Below, piece by piece: positions 45,638 through 56,922 of a DNA stretch of 64,000 bases (positions within the stretch are counted from its first letter, which is position 1; each line of letters starts with the position of its first letter). Origin of the DNA: Schmidtea polychroa (taxonomy: Eukaryota); contig CM097885.1 of NCBI GenBank assembly GCA_044892525.1, forward strand, positions 46,873,727 through 46,937,726, written 5' to 3'. The notes under the pieces are model-generated. The model saw only the letters and a program-made list of their open reading frames with translations, did not search any database and was not told where the DNA came from. The translations under genes and the position numbers were made by a program.

Positions 45638-45915
45638 CAGCGTTTCCCAACATTTTACAAAAAATTTAATTTTGTTTCCATTAACAGATTTTTTAGAGTA
45701 TCGACAATATACTAGAATTAAAAATGATTTGTCAAAGACTATCAGTTGATGTGAAAATCGTGATATTATTTGCATATTTTAAAGAATGGCAATAAAGGTT
45801 TTATGTAATGCCGTTGAATAATATCATCTGTTATATTTTCAATGGAAATTGGTTAAATAAATTAATGTCATTTTTGTGCTCAAACGTTACCCCTAGAAGA
45901 TGTTGAGAAACACTG
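45638..45915. mobile_element. Small non-autonomous hAT-type MITE
   Basis: Imperfect TIRs CAGCGTTTCCCAAC / GTTGAGAAACACTG; TSD degenerate. Confidence 0.45.
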
Positions 45916-46363
45916 GTCTATATCTTAATATAATTATTTAAAGAAGCATTGCTCTATGAAAATTTGGATTATCCAACTTATAACAATTTATAAAATGTTT
46001 ATATTTACTCTAGTCTATTTAATAGACATTAATTTTACTGTGATTGTTAGTCACATCAGAACTGCAGTCAAAAAAATTCTAGCGTATTTGGCTACAGCTT
46101 AAACCTACAATTTATATATAATTTTTTTCTTTCTAGGCTATAAAAATTATTTAATAACGTTCTTTTTTCCATCTTAAATTTTTGTATTAAAAATATTAAA
46201 AAATAGCAATGATTGAAATATAGAAAATACTACTAGTAGAAATATTTAATGAGAAATTTACAATGAGAAAATAGTAAAATAGACATTTAAAAACAGTTAT
46301 TATAATATTTTTTTGTCTTTATTTATTTTTATGTATTTTTTACATATATATTTAAGTATTTAC

Positions 46364-46443
<80 letters not shown>

Positions 46444-49400
46444 GAACTTTTTTTTCCAATTTCACCACTGATTATTTTTTCCATTGAATTTATTAAAAAG
46501 AGCTTGAAGACTATAAATCAGTCTGATCTATAGTCTTCTTTTTTTTTCTTTGCTCTCTTTTTAATAAATTATTATTTTTCATTTTATTAAAACAATTTAT
46601 TTTCTGATTGACAATTGAATTCATCAGAAAATGTTTGTAACACAAACGAATACTATTTACCTAAATTTTGTTTATTTTGTAATTTAATCAATCAAATACT
46701 TTTAAAGTTAAAACGCATAATACAATAAAAGTATTCTACAATAATTATCAAAAATTCAATTTCCGAACCTGGTGAGTTATCATAAGAAATTTTCAAAAAT
46801 GTAAAAATTCATTTAAATTGAAATACGAAATAAAAATTTATTAATAGATTTTGGAAAAATATTTTAAATAATTATATTTAACAAAGAAAAATTCAATTAG
46901 AAGGAAGAACTAAATTTCAAATTTGAGTAAACAAGACCCATTTTATGTCTACCCTTAGTGTGTATTAGCGTCATATAGCAGGATCCTAATTATTTTGTTA
47001 AGGGGGTTAAAGGGTGAGTTATTAGACGATCTATACGAAAGTTATATAAATCTTATATGATTCAGCCAGCTCACGGAATTCAATGAAGTTGTGTAAATAA
47101 TTAAATTGAATCGATAGAAGGTGAAATCAAGTCAAGTGAAAGCCTTGATGTGCATATTGAATATATGAGGCCACCTTCTAGTTGTGATTTTAAAATCAAG
47201 AAAGTTTCAAAATCAAAAAATCTCAAAAACAATCCTAGATATTTACGCGCATTCTAGCATACCAATTACAGTAACTGACGCTACAAACGATTGGACAGTA
47301 AGAACATTGTTTTTATCAATTATAACATAAAATTCCGAACCACATAATTATGATGGGATTTTCATTGGTTATCCTGGCTATAGATAAAAAATGCATATTG
47401 ACAATTGACTGTATTCACTTTCAACTGTTTTGTGTGTATGTGCTATAGAGGAGTTCTTTTGAGAATGTTGCTCATTGTTGTGTGTTATTCATTGTTGTAC
47501 ATGATTCTTTTACCAAATTGATTTTTAAGGTACTCTAATTTTGGTTTACATTGATTACAGTGTTTTTTTTGAAAGCCTGTTTGATTTTGAAATGTATTTC
47601 AAAAAAATAAATTTCAATCATTTCGAATTTTCTGTCGATAAATGTGGATTTTGTAATAAATTCATTGAGAATAAAAATACCAAATCAGTTCTTGAACACA
47701 TGATTTATGAACGTAATCAAGAAAGTCATCTATTTTAGAAGACCCCTACCAAATATGCCGTTTGGTGTCTGTCTCTATTTTTTAATAAACAATTCGGGAA
47801 ACGGCTTACTTATTTATTTGAATTACGTGTTTACAAATACGTGAAAATTGTACGTGAAAATTACTATAAAAATGTTACATGAATGAACGCATTATAGTTT
47901 TGATTAAATTGAAAGTCGAAAAAATATGCAGTTAAAAAATTAAATTTAAGAGATTGTTATTCTGAAATTTAAATTTCTCTATAAGATTAATATCGATCCG
48001 CGATATGCATGAAACGAATAAATATTCAAGTTTTTTCCATAATATTTATCGAACTAAAGAAATATTAAAATTAAATTTAGATTAATTCCCATTGGTTAAT
48101 CAAAAACTAAATCAAATATCACAAAATTAGCACACATCGTAAAATCTGCATGGAAAATCATTCTGCCAGAATATATTTATGCCATCTTTCACAAATGTTA
48201 GTAATTTAATTCACTTTTCAAGACTAATATATATTTTTTACATCAGTGTATAGAAATAAAAGACGTTAGAAAACTCACTTCAAATATTCATTACCATGAG
48301 TTCAGTGATTTAACAACAAATTAATTATGTCTTTTACTCCGATAGTTCTACCATTTGAAATTAAGGACTCCGATCAAATGAGTTATATTTTTGAAATACA
48401 AAGTTTATACAGCCTCTTAATTTGTTGAAAAGCTAAAATGATGCCATGAGGATAAAATTTATTTTATGTCAAATTCAATATTTAAATTTCTAAAGGTGTT
48501 TTAATGGATTACTAAAATCCAAAATAGTGTTAAATTCAACTTTAATAGTGAAAATTTTCTAATATCTTTTACAGTTTCATTAATTTTAGAAATCAAAATT
48601 AAGATACGCAGAAACAATTCATAAAGTTGATATGTACAATGAAACCTTGACTTAAGAGTATTTCGTGTTACGAGCATATTTAAAAAATTTAAAGACCTAT
48701 TACTTAACTTAAAAATTAATTTATATAGAATGTATTTCTTGTTAAGGTATTACTAATAACAGCAGTAGCAGACAGTGAATTAATCCGAAACCACTTCTGT
48801 GGTGACAACTACATGGAACGGATAATGCTCATAAGTCGAGGTTTTACTGTATTGCTAAAGTGTTATGTCCAAAGAAGATTTGGTCTCAGGAGTGATAGAA
48901 GCTTACTAATTTCATATACAATTATGGTCAATGCAGTAAACATGCAAAATTGGATCAAATAATGGTTTACTGAAGTGCCCTAGTGCAAAATCACTTGATT
49001 TACAAAATATGCATGGAAGAAAACATTGTACATGTTCAATTATAATTCATAGTTTTATCTAGAATATTTTATTGCAAGAATAATACCATAGAAAATATTT
49101 AATCAATGTATGCATTTTCTCTTTGGATTTGATTTTAGATTATCAGATCTTTTACTTTTGTTATCATGATTTTTCCGTTTCCTATATGTTCATTTCTTTC
49201 TAGACTATCGTTCAATTGCTTTTTTCAAGAGTTTGTATTTTCATTTTACATATTTTTCATACGGTAAAATAATTCGAATATAAATTAAAGATTTGGTTAC
49301 ATAAATTTCATCTTAACAATTAAAAACTGTTTTTAAATTTTATAGCGAAAGTACTATGTTAAAATACCAGCTAAAAGTAAAATACCACTAAAAGTAAAGT

Positions 49401-50076
49401 TATAATATCTATCAATAAAGTTGAGCTTAATATTTATATCTAAATATGTGAAATCGAGCCTCATCTTCACCGTAAATTCCTAATAGTTAAGCATAAAATA
49501 ATAGTTAGAAACGAAAAGCTTCAAGCATGAACTTGCAAAGACAGTATTTTTTTCTTAATACAATATAAAAAATACAATATAATTAAATTCTTCACTTAAG
49601 ATTTAAACAAGATTTTGTTTTCCTAAACGTAGTTTTGACTTTGTCTAAGGTGAGTCAGCAATGCATAAATTAATTTGCAAATTAAAAATTTCAATGCCAC
49701 TTTTTGCATAGAATAAAAACTTCTATGAGAGAGGAAGTCTGAAGTTTTAAATTTTGAAATCTAAAAAATCTTATTTAAATTTAAAGTATTTTAGCTGAGA
49801 TTTTAATTTTAATGATTTGTAAATTTTAACATTGATTTATAAATTTTAATTTAAATTTTATTTTATTGATTTATGAAATTGAAATTGAAGTCTAAAAATT
49901 TGTTTCAAAATATTATGTTATGAAATACATATTTTTATATTTGAACTTATTTATCAATTAAAAATGAATAACGGAATTGAATGTAATTTCATTGTAATAT
50001 ATAATAATAAAAAAACAATAAACTGATATAATAGGAACATAAAAACTTACATGTGGGCTAAATTTTATTGTTGGTT

Positions 50077-50950
50077 AGTAGGTAGATAGTGGCTTACCGC
50101 AACAATTACCCCCCCGGGGGGGGGGGGGGGTTGTTGCAACTTTTTTTTTGTTGCAACTTTTTATTACGCAATTGTTGCAACTCACATTTTTTGCTTTCAG
50201 GGATTTTTGGTCCAAATTTTTTTTTTATCAGACTATAGTGAGGGGGTCTCGATGGTCCGGGGATTTTCAATACAAAAAAATTTTTTCAATAGAAAAAGGC
50301 GGTCTTCAATAATAAAGCATGGATTTTTCAGACTATAGTGAGGGGGTCTCGATGGTCCTGAGATTTTCTATACAAAAATTCAACTACCAATAAAAAAGCA
50401 TGGAAATTTAAGGTCTCAGGATTTTTTCAATACAAAAAGGTGGTCTTCAATAAAAAAGAGTGGTAATTTAAGGTCTCAGGATATTTTCAATAGAAAAAGG
50501 TGGTCTACACTAAAAAAAGAGTGGCAATTTAAGGTCTCAGAATATTTTCAATACAAAAATCCGACTACCACTAAAAAGCATGGAATTTTCTAGGTCAATT
50601 CAGGTGGGTCTCCTTGGTCCTGAGAATTTCAATAGAAAAAGGTGGTCTACACTAAAAAAGCATGGTAAATTTTTGAATTACAGTAAATAATGGTTCTAAA
50701 AATTGAATTACAGTAAATTATGGTTCTTAAAAATTAAATTACAGTAAATTATGGTTCTTAAAAATTAAATTACAGTTAATAATGGTCCAAATTTTTGAAT
50801 TACAGTAAATAATGGTTCTAAAAATTGAATTACAGTAAATAATGGTCCAAATTTTAAAATTAAGTAATCAATGGTAAAAAATTAAATTAAAGTAATAATT
50901 TTTAAATTAAGTAATCAATGGTAAAAATTTTAAATTAAAGTTAAATAAGT
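50077..50950. repeat. Putative Polinton left terminal region with tandem repeats
   Basis: C-run/G-run, GTTGCAAC repeats, about 60-110 bp AAGGTCTC/CAGACTATAGTGAGGGGGTCTC units, about 30-bp ATTACAGTAAATAATGGTTC units. Confidence 0.7.
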
Positions 50951-51067
50951 AAATTAAAGTAAGATTTTTAAATTTATTATCAAAAAAGTTGAAATAATAG
51001 AAGGTGTTTGAGAATTGAAATTTTTTAATGAAAATTTTTTATGAATAATTTTTAATGGAAATTTTTA

Positions 51068-51127
<60 letters not shown>

Positions 51128-51220
51128 GTAATAATATTAGTAATAATATATCAACCAAATACATAAAAATGAACTATACACATAAAACACAAACAAATAA
51201 CAAATGTAAAGATATAAAAT

Positions 51221-51568
51221 TTATTCATCCAATATTTGCTTGTAATAAGCTCTTCTTAATTCTGCTAATAAAATATGATCAACTTCTTTCATCTTATATT
51301 CTTGGCAGCATCTACATCTAAACGGGCATGGTAATTTCATCGGATCCATACATACTTCACAATCGTCTATGCATTTAAATCTCGATTCTTGGACAGATTC
51401 GAAATGTCTTCGTATAAGTTCTTCTATATTGATCCCCGTTAATTGCTTGATTCTATAAGCTAATAGTTCCGGAGCACAATACGAAAGTCTGTTCTTTATA
51501 TTCGGGAACAATTCTTCCATCTTTGTTAATATAGTCTGGAATATGTAAGCTTGCTTATCGTCATCCAT
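51221..51568 (-). CDS. Polinton hypothetical protein with Cys cluster (possible Zn-binding)
   Basis: 115-aa ATG ORF; CIDDCEVC...PCPFRCRCC. Confidence 0.65.
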   Translation of the reverse strand: MDDDKQAYIFQTILTKMEELFPNIKNRLSYCAPELLAYRIKQLTGINIEELIRRHFESVQESRFKCIDDCEVCMDPMKLPCPFRCRCCQEYKMKEVDHILLAELRRAYYKQILDE

Positions 51569-51631
51569 TTTTGAATTTTTGTTATTGTAGATATTCAGTT
51601 AATTTAAACACAATTAATTAAATTAATTTAA

Positions 51632-52108
51632 TTAACTTAATAAATATTCCAATATTTCTTCATTTGTTGTGATATTTATAGTTAATGATTTAATGAATTT
51701 CTGAATTTCTTGAATTTGATTAAAATAATCAAATGTTTTAATCCCTAATATAACAACTTTCCCACTTGAAAAAACATTTACACATAGTGGGTTATACTTG
51801 AGAATACGTAAAGCTGGAAATATTTCAGGCTCGTAGTAACTATCGGTTTTCCTTGACAATGCATTTAAATCAACGCATGTACCCATATCTAACGTTAATG
51901 TAATTGATTGGATTTGTAAATCTTGAATTTGATATTTGAGATCGCCTTCCTGTAATGGTTTCTTACATCCCATTATCCTACATTTCCCGCTCTTGAAGAA
52001 TAAAATTGGATATTTTCCACTTCTGTCCACAACATGTTGAGGTTTTCCTGATGGGAACTTCATTCCATTTACTACACATCTTCCTCTATAATTAATGTTG
52101 CTGATCAT
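51632..52108 (-). CDS. TATA-box-binding protein (TBP)-like protein encoded by the Polinton
   Basis: 158 aa from ATG 52108. Two TBP repeats: ISNINYRG...ILFFKSGKCRIMG and IQSITLTLD....VDLNAL...YEPEIFPAL...VNVFSSGKVVILG. Confidence 0.85.
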   Translation of the reverse strand: MISNINYRGRCVVNGMKFPSGKPQHVVDRSGKYPILFFKSGKCRIMGCKKPLQEGDLKYQIQDLQIQSITLTLDMGTCVDLNALSRKTDSYYEPEIFPALRILKYNPLCVNVFSSGKVVILGIKTFDYFNQIQEIQKFIKSLTINITTNEEILEYLLS

Positions 52109-52158
52109 TGTAATTATTGTAATTATAAACAAATTAAATAAAATAATTTAATTAAAAA

Positions 52159-52782
52159 ATGGAATTAAGAAATGACGCAGTATATCAAATTGTAGGACCT
52201 AGTGGAAGCGGAAAAACTTTATTTGTATGTAATTTATTACAATCAAACATGTTTAAATCTAAATTTAATAAAATATATTGGCATCGAGGTGCAGATGAAG
52301 AACATGGATTAACTCAAAACAGTTTCTGTAAATTAAAAATGACAATAATTAAAGGATTTGATAAAAATTGGTCATCTAGATTACGCCAAGGTGATGTTAT
52401 TATTATCGATGATCTGTACCAGGAAGCAAATAAAGAAAAAGATTTTAATAATTTATTTACAAAAATCAGTAGACATTGCGGAGTTACAGTTATTTTCATT
52501 ACACAAAATCTTTTTCATCAAGGTGGAAGTCATAGAACACGTAATTTAAATGTCCAATATTTAATTATTTTCAAAAATCCTAGAGATCAAACAATAATAG
52601 ATTTTCTTGCAAGACAAGCTTATCCAAATAATAGAAAATTTTTGATTGATTCATTCCAAGATGCGACAAAAATTCCTCATGGATATTTATTTTTTGATTT
52701 TACACAACAATGTCCAGATGATATGCGTATTAGAACTGATATTTTTAATATAAACGGTGTTACGATTTATAAACAAAACTAA
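52159..52782 (+). CDS. FtsK/A32-like genome-packaging ATPase
   Basis: Walker A GPSGSGKT, Walker B IIIDD, SRH arginine finger, ITQ. Confidence 0.93.
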   Translation: MELRNDAVYQIVGPSGSGKTLFVCNLLQSNMFKSKFNKIYWHRGADEEHGLTQNSFCKLKMTIIKGFDKNWSSRLRQGDVIIIDDLYQEANKEKDFNNLFTKISRHCGVTVIFITQNLFHQGGSHRTRNLNVQYLIIFKNPRDQTIIDFLARQAYPNNRKFLIDSFQDATKIPHGYLFFDFTQQCPDDMRIRTDIFNINGVTIYKQN

Positions 52783-52801
52783 AAACTAAATAAAATTAAT
52801 C

Positions 52802-52954
52802 ATGTCATTTAAAAAAGTAGTTGTTAAAAATCTTCCAAGTGTTTCGAAGAAAATTACCAAGAAAACAAAACGTACAAAGAAAACAAAAAGTGGATCAAAA
52901 AGTACAAAAAGTACAAAAACTAAGAAACAAATCAAGAAGTGGATCAAATTATAA
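52802..52954 (+). CDS. Small Lys-rich protein (candidate DNA-condensing core protein)
   Basis: 50 aa MSFKKVVVKNLPSVSKKITKKTKRTKKTKSGSKSTKSTKTKKQIKKWIKL; fills the gap between ATPase and pX-like gene; too short for the ORF track. Confidence 0.6.
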   Translation: MSFKKVVVKNLPSVSKKITKKTKRTKKTKSGSKSTKSTKTKKQIKKWIKL

Positions 52955-52983
52955 ACAATCCGTCGCGTAAATTAATAATAATA

Positions 52984-53310
52984 ATGAAATTTGAACGGAG
53001 TTTACCATATTTTAATGCTTTAATAAAGGCACCAAATTCGAAACGAATATCAATTTTACAATCTTTTCCATCATTTGTTATTGATGATTTACTTGAAGTT
53101 ATTATAAATGTTGTCCGTGGTAATGTAAATATAACTAAAGCTAAAAGATTAGTATTGCAAAGACATAAAAGATCACTTTTATCTCTAGTTGATACAAAAA
53201 ATCGTCGTCTAATGAGAAAGATAATATATAAACAAAAAGGAGGGTTCTTGGGTGCACTAATTCCTATAGTCTTATCTGCAATTAGTGCAATCTCATCATT
53301 AAGTTCTTAA
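52984..53310 (+). CDS. Adenovirus pX-like basic core protein with hydrophobic tail
   Basis: C-terminal QKGG|FLGALIPIVLSAISAI resembles the adenovirus pX tail (xRGG-FLPALIPIIAAAIGAI) after a protease site. Confidence 0.78.
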   Translation: MKFERSLPYFNALIKAPNSKRISILQSFPSFVIDDLLEVIINVVRGNVNITKAKRLVLQRHKRSLLSLVDTKNRRLMRKIIYKQKGGFLGALIPIVLSAISAISSLSS

Positions 53311-53379
53311 TGGGTATCAAGAGTTCATTACCAAATAAAAATATTGTAGATTTTAATATTTTGACAACTTGTTGTAATA

Positions 53380-54516
53380 ATGAAGGAAACGTATCACAAA
53401 ACCAACACAAAAGTGGAAAAAGTGAAAACAAAAGTGAAATCAAAAGTGAAAAAAGTGAAAACAATAGAGAAAAAGTTAAAAACAATATGGACAAACCCAA
53501 AAGATCCAGATGGTTTTGGTGGCGTAGAAAAATTAACAAAACGAGTGAATAATTCAAAGAAAGAAACTCAGAAATGGTTATCTAATCAATTAGCATATAG
53601 TTTAAATAAGCCAATGTTGAAACGATTTCCAACAAGACCATACAAAACAATTGGAAACAATGATGTATGGCAAATGGATTTGATGGAAATGATACCTTAT
53701 TCAAAAATTAACAAGGGGTACAAATATATTCTGACTTGTATAGATGTTTTTAATAGATATGCTCGTGCTGTTCCTACAAAAACTAAATCTGCAAATGAAA
53801 TGGCTGATGCGATAAAAGAAATGTTTGCAGATGGTAAACCTATTAATTTACAAACGGATTTAGGTAATTAAATTTAATTAATTAATTTTTAAATATATGA
53901 TTTAGGTAAAGAATTTTATAACAGCAAAGTTAAAGAGGTTATCAAAGGAATAAACCACTACTCGGTATTTTCTCAGTTCAAAGCTGCTCATGTAGAACGA
54001 TTTAATCGAACTTTAAGAGAACGCTTGAAAAAATATTTTGTATATCAAGGTAATAAAACTTGGATAAATGTTTTGCCAAAAATTATTTTCAGTTATAATC
54101 ATTCACCACACAGAGGATTAAAAGGACAAACACCTGCAGATTTTACTAAAAATCAACCAAAGTTAGAGAAAATCAATAAACCGAAATACAAGGTTGGTGA
54201 TCATGTAAGAATTAGTAAAATCAATTCTTCACCATTCATCAAAAACTTTGATAATAATTGGAGTGATGAAGTATATCAAATTTTTAAAATGGATACAAAA
54301 CAGAATCCTGTCATGTATGTGATAGTTGATCATGAAAACAAACCAATCACTGGTAAATTCTATGAACAAGAACTCCAAGTAATTCCTGCTCCTACAATAT
54401 TTAGAATTCAAAAGATTCTAAAAACCAAAAAAGATGGTAAATATAAACAATACTATGTTAAATGGCATGGATATGAAACTCCATCTTGGATATCCGAAAA
54501 TCAATTGATTAAATAA
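53380..54516 (+). CDS. Retroviral-like (rve) integrase with C-terminal chromodomain; exons 53380-53863 and 53906-54516
   Basis: DDE residues WQMDL / QTDLG|KEF / VERFNRT; YYVKWHGY chromodomain; removing a 42-bp GT-AG intron gives 364 aa. Confidence 0.92.
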
Positions 54517-54521
54517 ATATT

Positions 54522-55546
54522 ATGAAAGATTTTTATATTATTTTACCTTCTAATAGTTGTCCTCTTATTTTCCCTGATAATGAAGCTAGTAAATTTAATG
54601 TCGAATTTCAAAATCCTATTTACTTGGATGGTGAATGGGAAGTAGCTCTCATGGACTTTACCTTTGTGTATAATACTTTTCCTTATTACAGTAATTCATT
54701 GATACAATATGAAAAAGTAAAGATGGATGAAGAAATTAAATATTTTAGAATAAATAATTCAAATCGAACCTTTGAAGTAATAAATCCTAAAAATACTCCT
54801 GAAGTTGACATGTTCATTGAAAGATATGAGAATTTGGTTGTTGTTTGTCCACATGTTCCATTTAAAATAACGTTTCCAGATTTTGAACATGCTAATAAAT
54901 TTGGATTAAAATCAGTATCGGTTATTAGTGATAGTGATCATTTGCGAATTAAATTACCAAAATTTACAGAAGATAAAACAATTGATCAATTTGGTATAAT
55001 TATAAGTGTTGTCGAAAAAACAAAATTTGAACATTATTTCGAAGATGAATTATACATCAATACTTTATCTGAAATACATGGTCAGTTAATGACAATTAAT
55101 CCGTCTCCCTTTAAAGATTTAAAAATACAAAATAATGAATTGGTTAAAATAAGTCTTGCTGATAACATTTCATCAATAACCTTTGATAAAAATTTAACAA
55201 AAACGTTCGGATTAAAGAAACAAACATTTACAGAGAAAGAAATTATTGGAACAAAATTCCAAAATTATTTAATCATCATCAACAAATGTTTATTTACTCA
55301 AATATTATCGAACCATTGACTGTTGGAGATGTAAGAGTTCCGTTATTGAAATCTATTTGGTTAAAAAAATATGAACAAGGAGAAATTGTGCAACTAGAAA
55401 TGAAGAATCCAATGTATCTACCAATTTCTAATTCTTCTATAAACAACATTGAAATCAATATACGAGATGATAGTGGAAAATTAATAAAATTTAGTAGAGA
55501 TACAAAAACACACTTGACATTACATTTTCGTAAAATAAATGATTAA
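54522..55546 (+). pseudogene. Minor capsid protein (penton-like) copy 1, one frameshift near 55255
   Basis: FYIILPSNS...FPDN.AS.F....NPI.L.GEWEVAL; C-terminal FIYSNIIEP..VGD...PLL...P.Y.P......IEI.IRDD.G...LTLHFRK. Confidence 0.85.
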
Positions 55547-56531
55547 AAAAGATTTTTATGTGAATTTACCTTCTAATAGTTGTCCTCAGACTCATCCAAA
55601 TAATGAAGCTGGTAAATTTAATGTCGAATTTCAAAATCCTATTTACTTGGATGGTGAATGGGAAGTAGCTCTCATGGACTTTACCTTTGTGTATAATTAT
55701 TTTCCTTTTTACAACAATTCAAATGTCAAATATAGTAAAAGTGTATTACATACAAGTTATGAATACTTTTACTTTAACCAAGAAAAAAATGAATATACAA
55801 TCAGTCACGACTCTCCATTTTATTTAATATATATTGATGGAAATACATTGAACATTAATTAATTCGATAGTATTAAAGAAGCGCAGAAATTGGGATTTTC
55901 AGAAAAAGAAATAACTTTTAAAAAAGCCTTGAACCAAATCACTATTCCTCCAAATAATCGAAAAATAAAGTTTGATACAATTCGATTAACTATACAATAT
56001 TATTACGATGTCGAGTATACAGATACATTCGAAGAAAATATCATTACAGATCTTTCACAAATAAATGATCAACTATCACTCTTTTATCCTCGTCCATTTA
56101 AATCTGTTGATATTCAAAAAGGAAAAATCGTTAAAATTGTAATGGATGATGATGTCAGTAAAGTTCAATTTAGTAAATTTTTAGCCAATAGTTTAGGTTT
56201 ATTAGAAGAAGCATATACTGACAAACTTATTATTGGTTTTAAAGAACCTGAAGTATTACAACGCAATCAACAATTGATGATCTATACAAATATTATCGAA
56301 CCTATTATTGTTGGTGATACATTGGTCCCTCTTTTGAAATGTATTTGGGTGGAAAAACATAAAAAAGATGATTTAGTACAAATAATTGAAAAGAATCCAA
56401 TGTACTTACCTGTATCGTCTTCATATATAAACAATATAGAAATCAATATACGAGATGATAGTGGAAAATATATATTTGGAAAAGAAGATAAAACATACTT
56501 GACATTACATTTTCGTAAAATAAATGAGTAA
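55539..56531 (+). pseudogene. Minor capsid protein copy 2, in-frame stop at 55860
   Basis: Same N- and C-terminal motifs; ORFs 55539-55862 and 55890-56531 are in one frame, separated by TAA. Confidence 0.85.
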
Positions 56532-56922
56532 TCCTGACATAATACATTTTTATAGTAGTAACCAATCGGGTGGTGATTTACCATATTTTGTTGGTAAACA
56601 ATATGGAACCGGTTGGTTGAAGACAATAGGTAGATTTGCACTCCCAATTCTTAGACGAATAGGAAATTTTGGTATGAAAACAGCTAATGACGTAATAAAT
56701 AACAATGCAAATATCTTGCCTGCTTTAAAATCAAATGCAATTTCTGAAATTAAAGAATCATTACCAGCAGTGATGCAACATTTACCAGAAGTAATTAATA
56801 AAGTATCCGGTGTATTTAAAAATGATAAAGAACAAAAAGGCGGAATACTTAAACGTCGAAAAATTATGAAGAAACATATAAACAAAAGAATGAAAGGATA
56901 TGGTACCATCTTTGAAAAATGA
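56524..56922 (+). CDS. Polinton virion protein with amphipathic helix (pVI-like, candidate membrane-lytic)
   Basis: QSGG...QYGTG|WLKTIGRFALPILRRIG amphipathic segment; basic C-terminus. Confidence 0.72.
   Translation: MSNPDIIHFYSSNQSGGDLPYFVGKQYGTGWLKTIGRFALPILRRIGNFGMKTANDVINNNANILPALKSNAISEIKESLPAVMQHLPEVINKVSGVFKNDKEQKGGILKRRKIMKKHINKRMKGYGTIFEK

Noticed and set aside
53310..53552. 80-aa ORF overlapping the integrase start
   Set aside because: Alternative-frame reading of a low-complexity A-rich stretch; no recognisable motif.
55250..55890. Possible introns explaining the breaks in the two penton genes
   Set aside because: No suitable GT-AG pair restores homology; a 1-nt loss (copy 1) and a stop or small deletion (copy 2) explain the breaks better.
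55533..56530. Poxvirus-like TAAATG late-promoter motif at gene starts
   Set aside because: Occurs at only two starts, both derived from the duplicated penton 3' end, and is expected by chance in AT-rich DNA.
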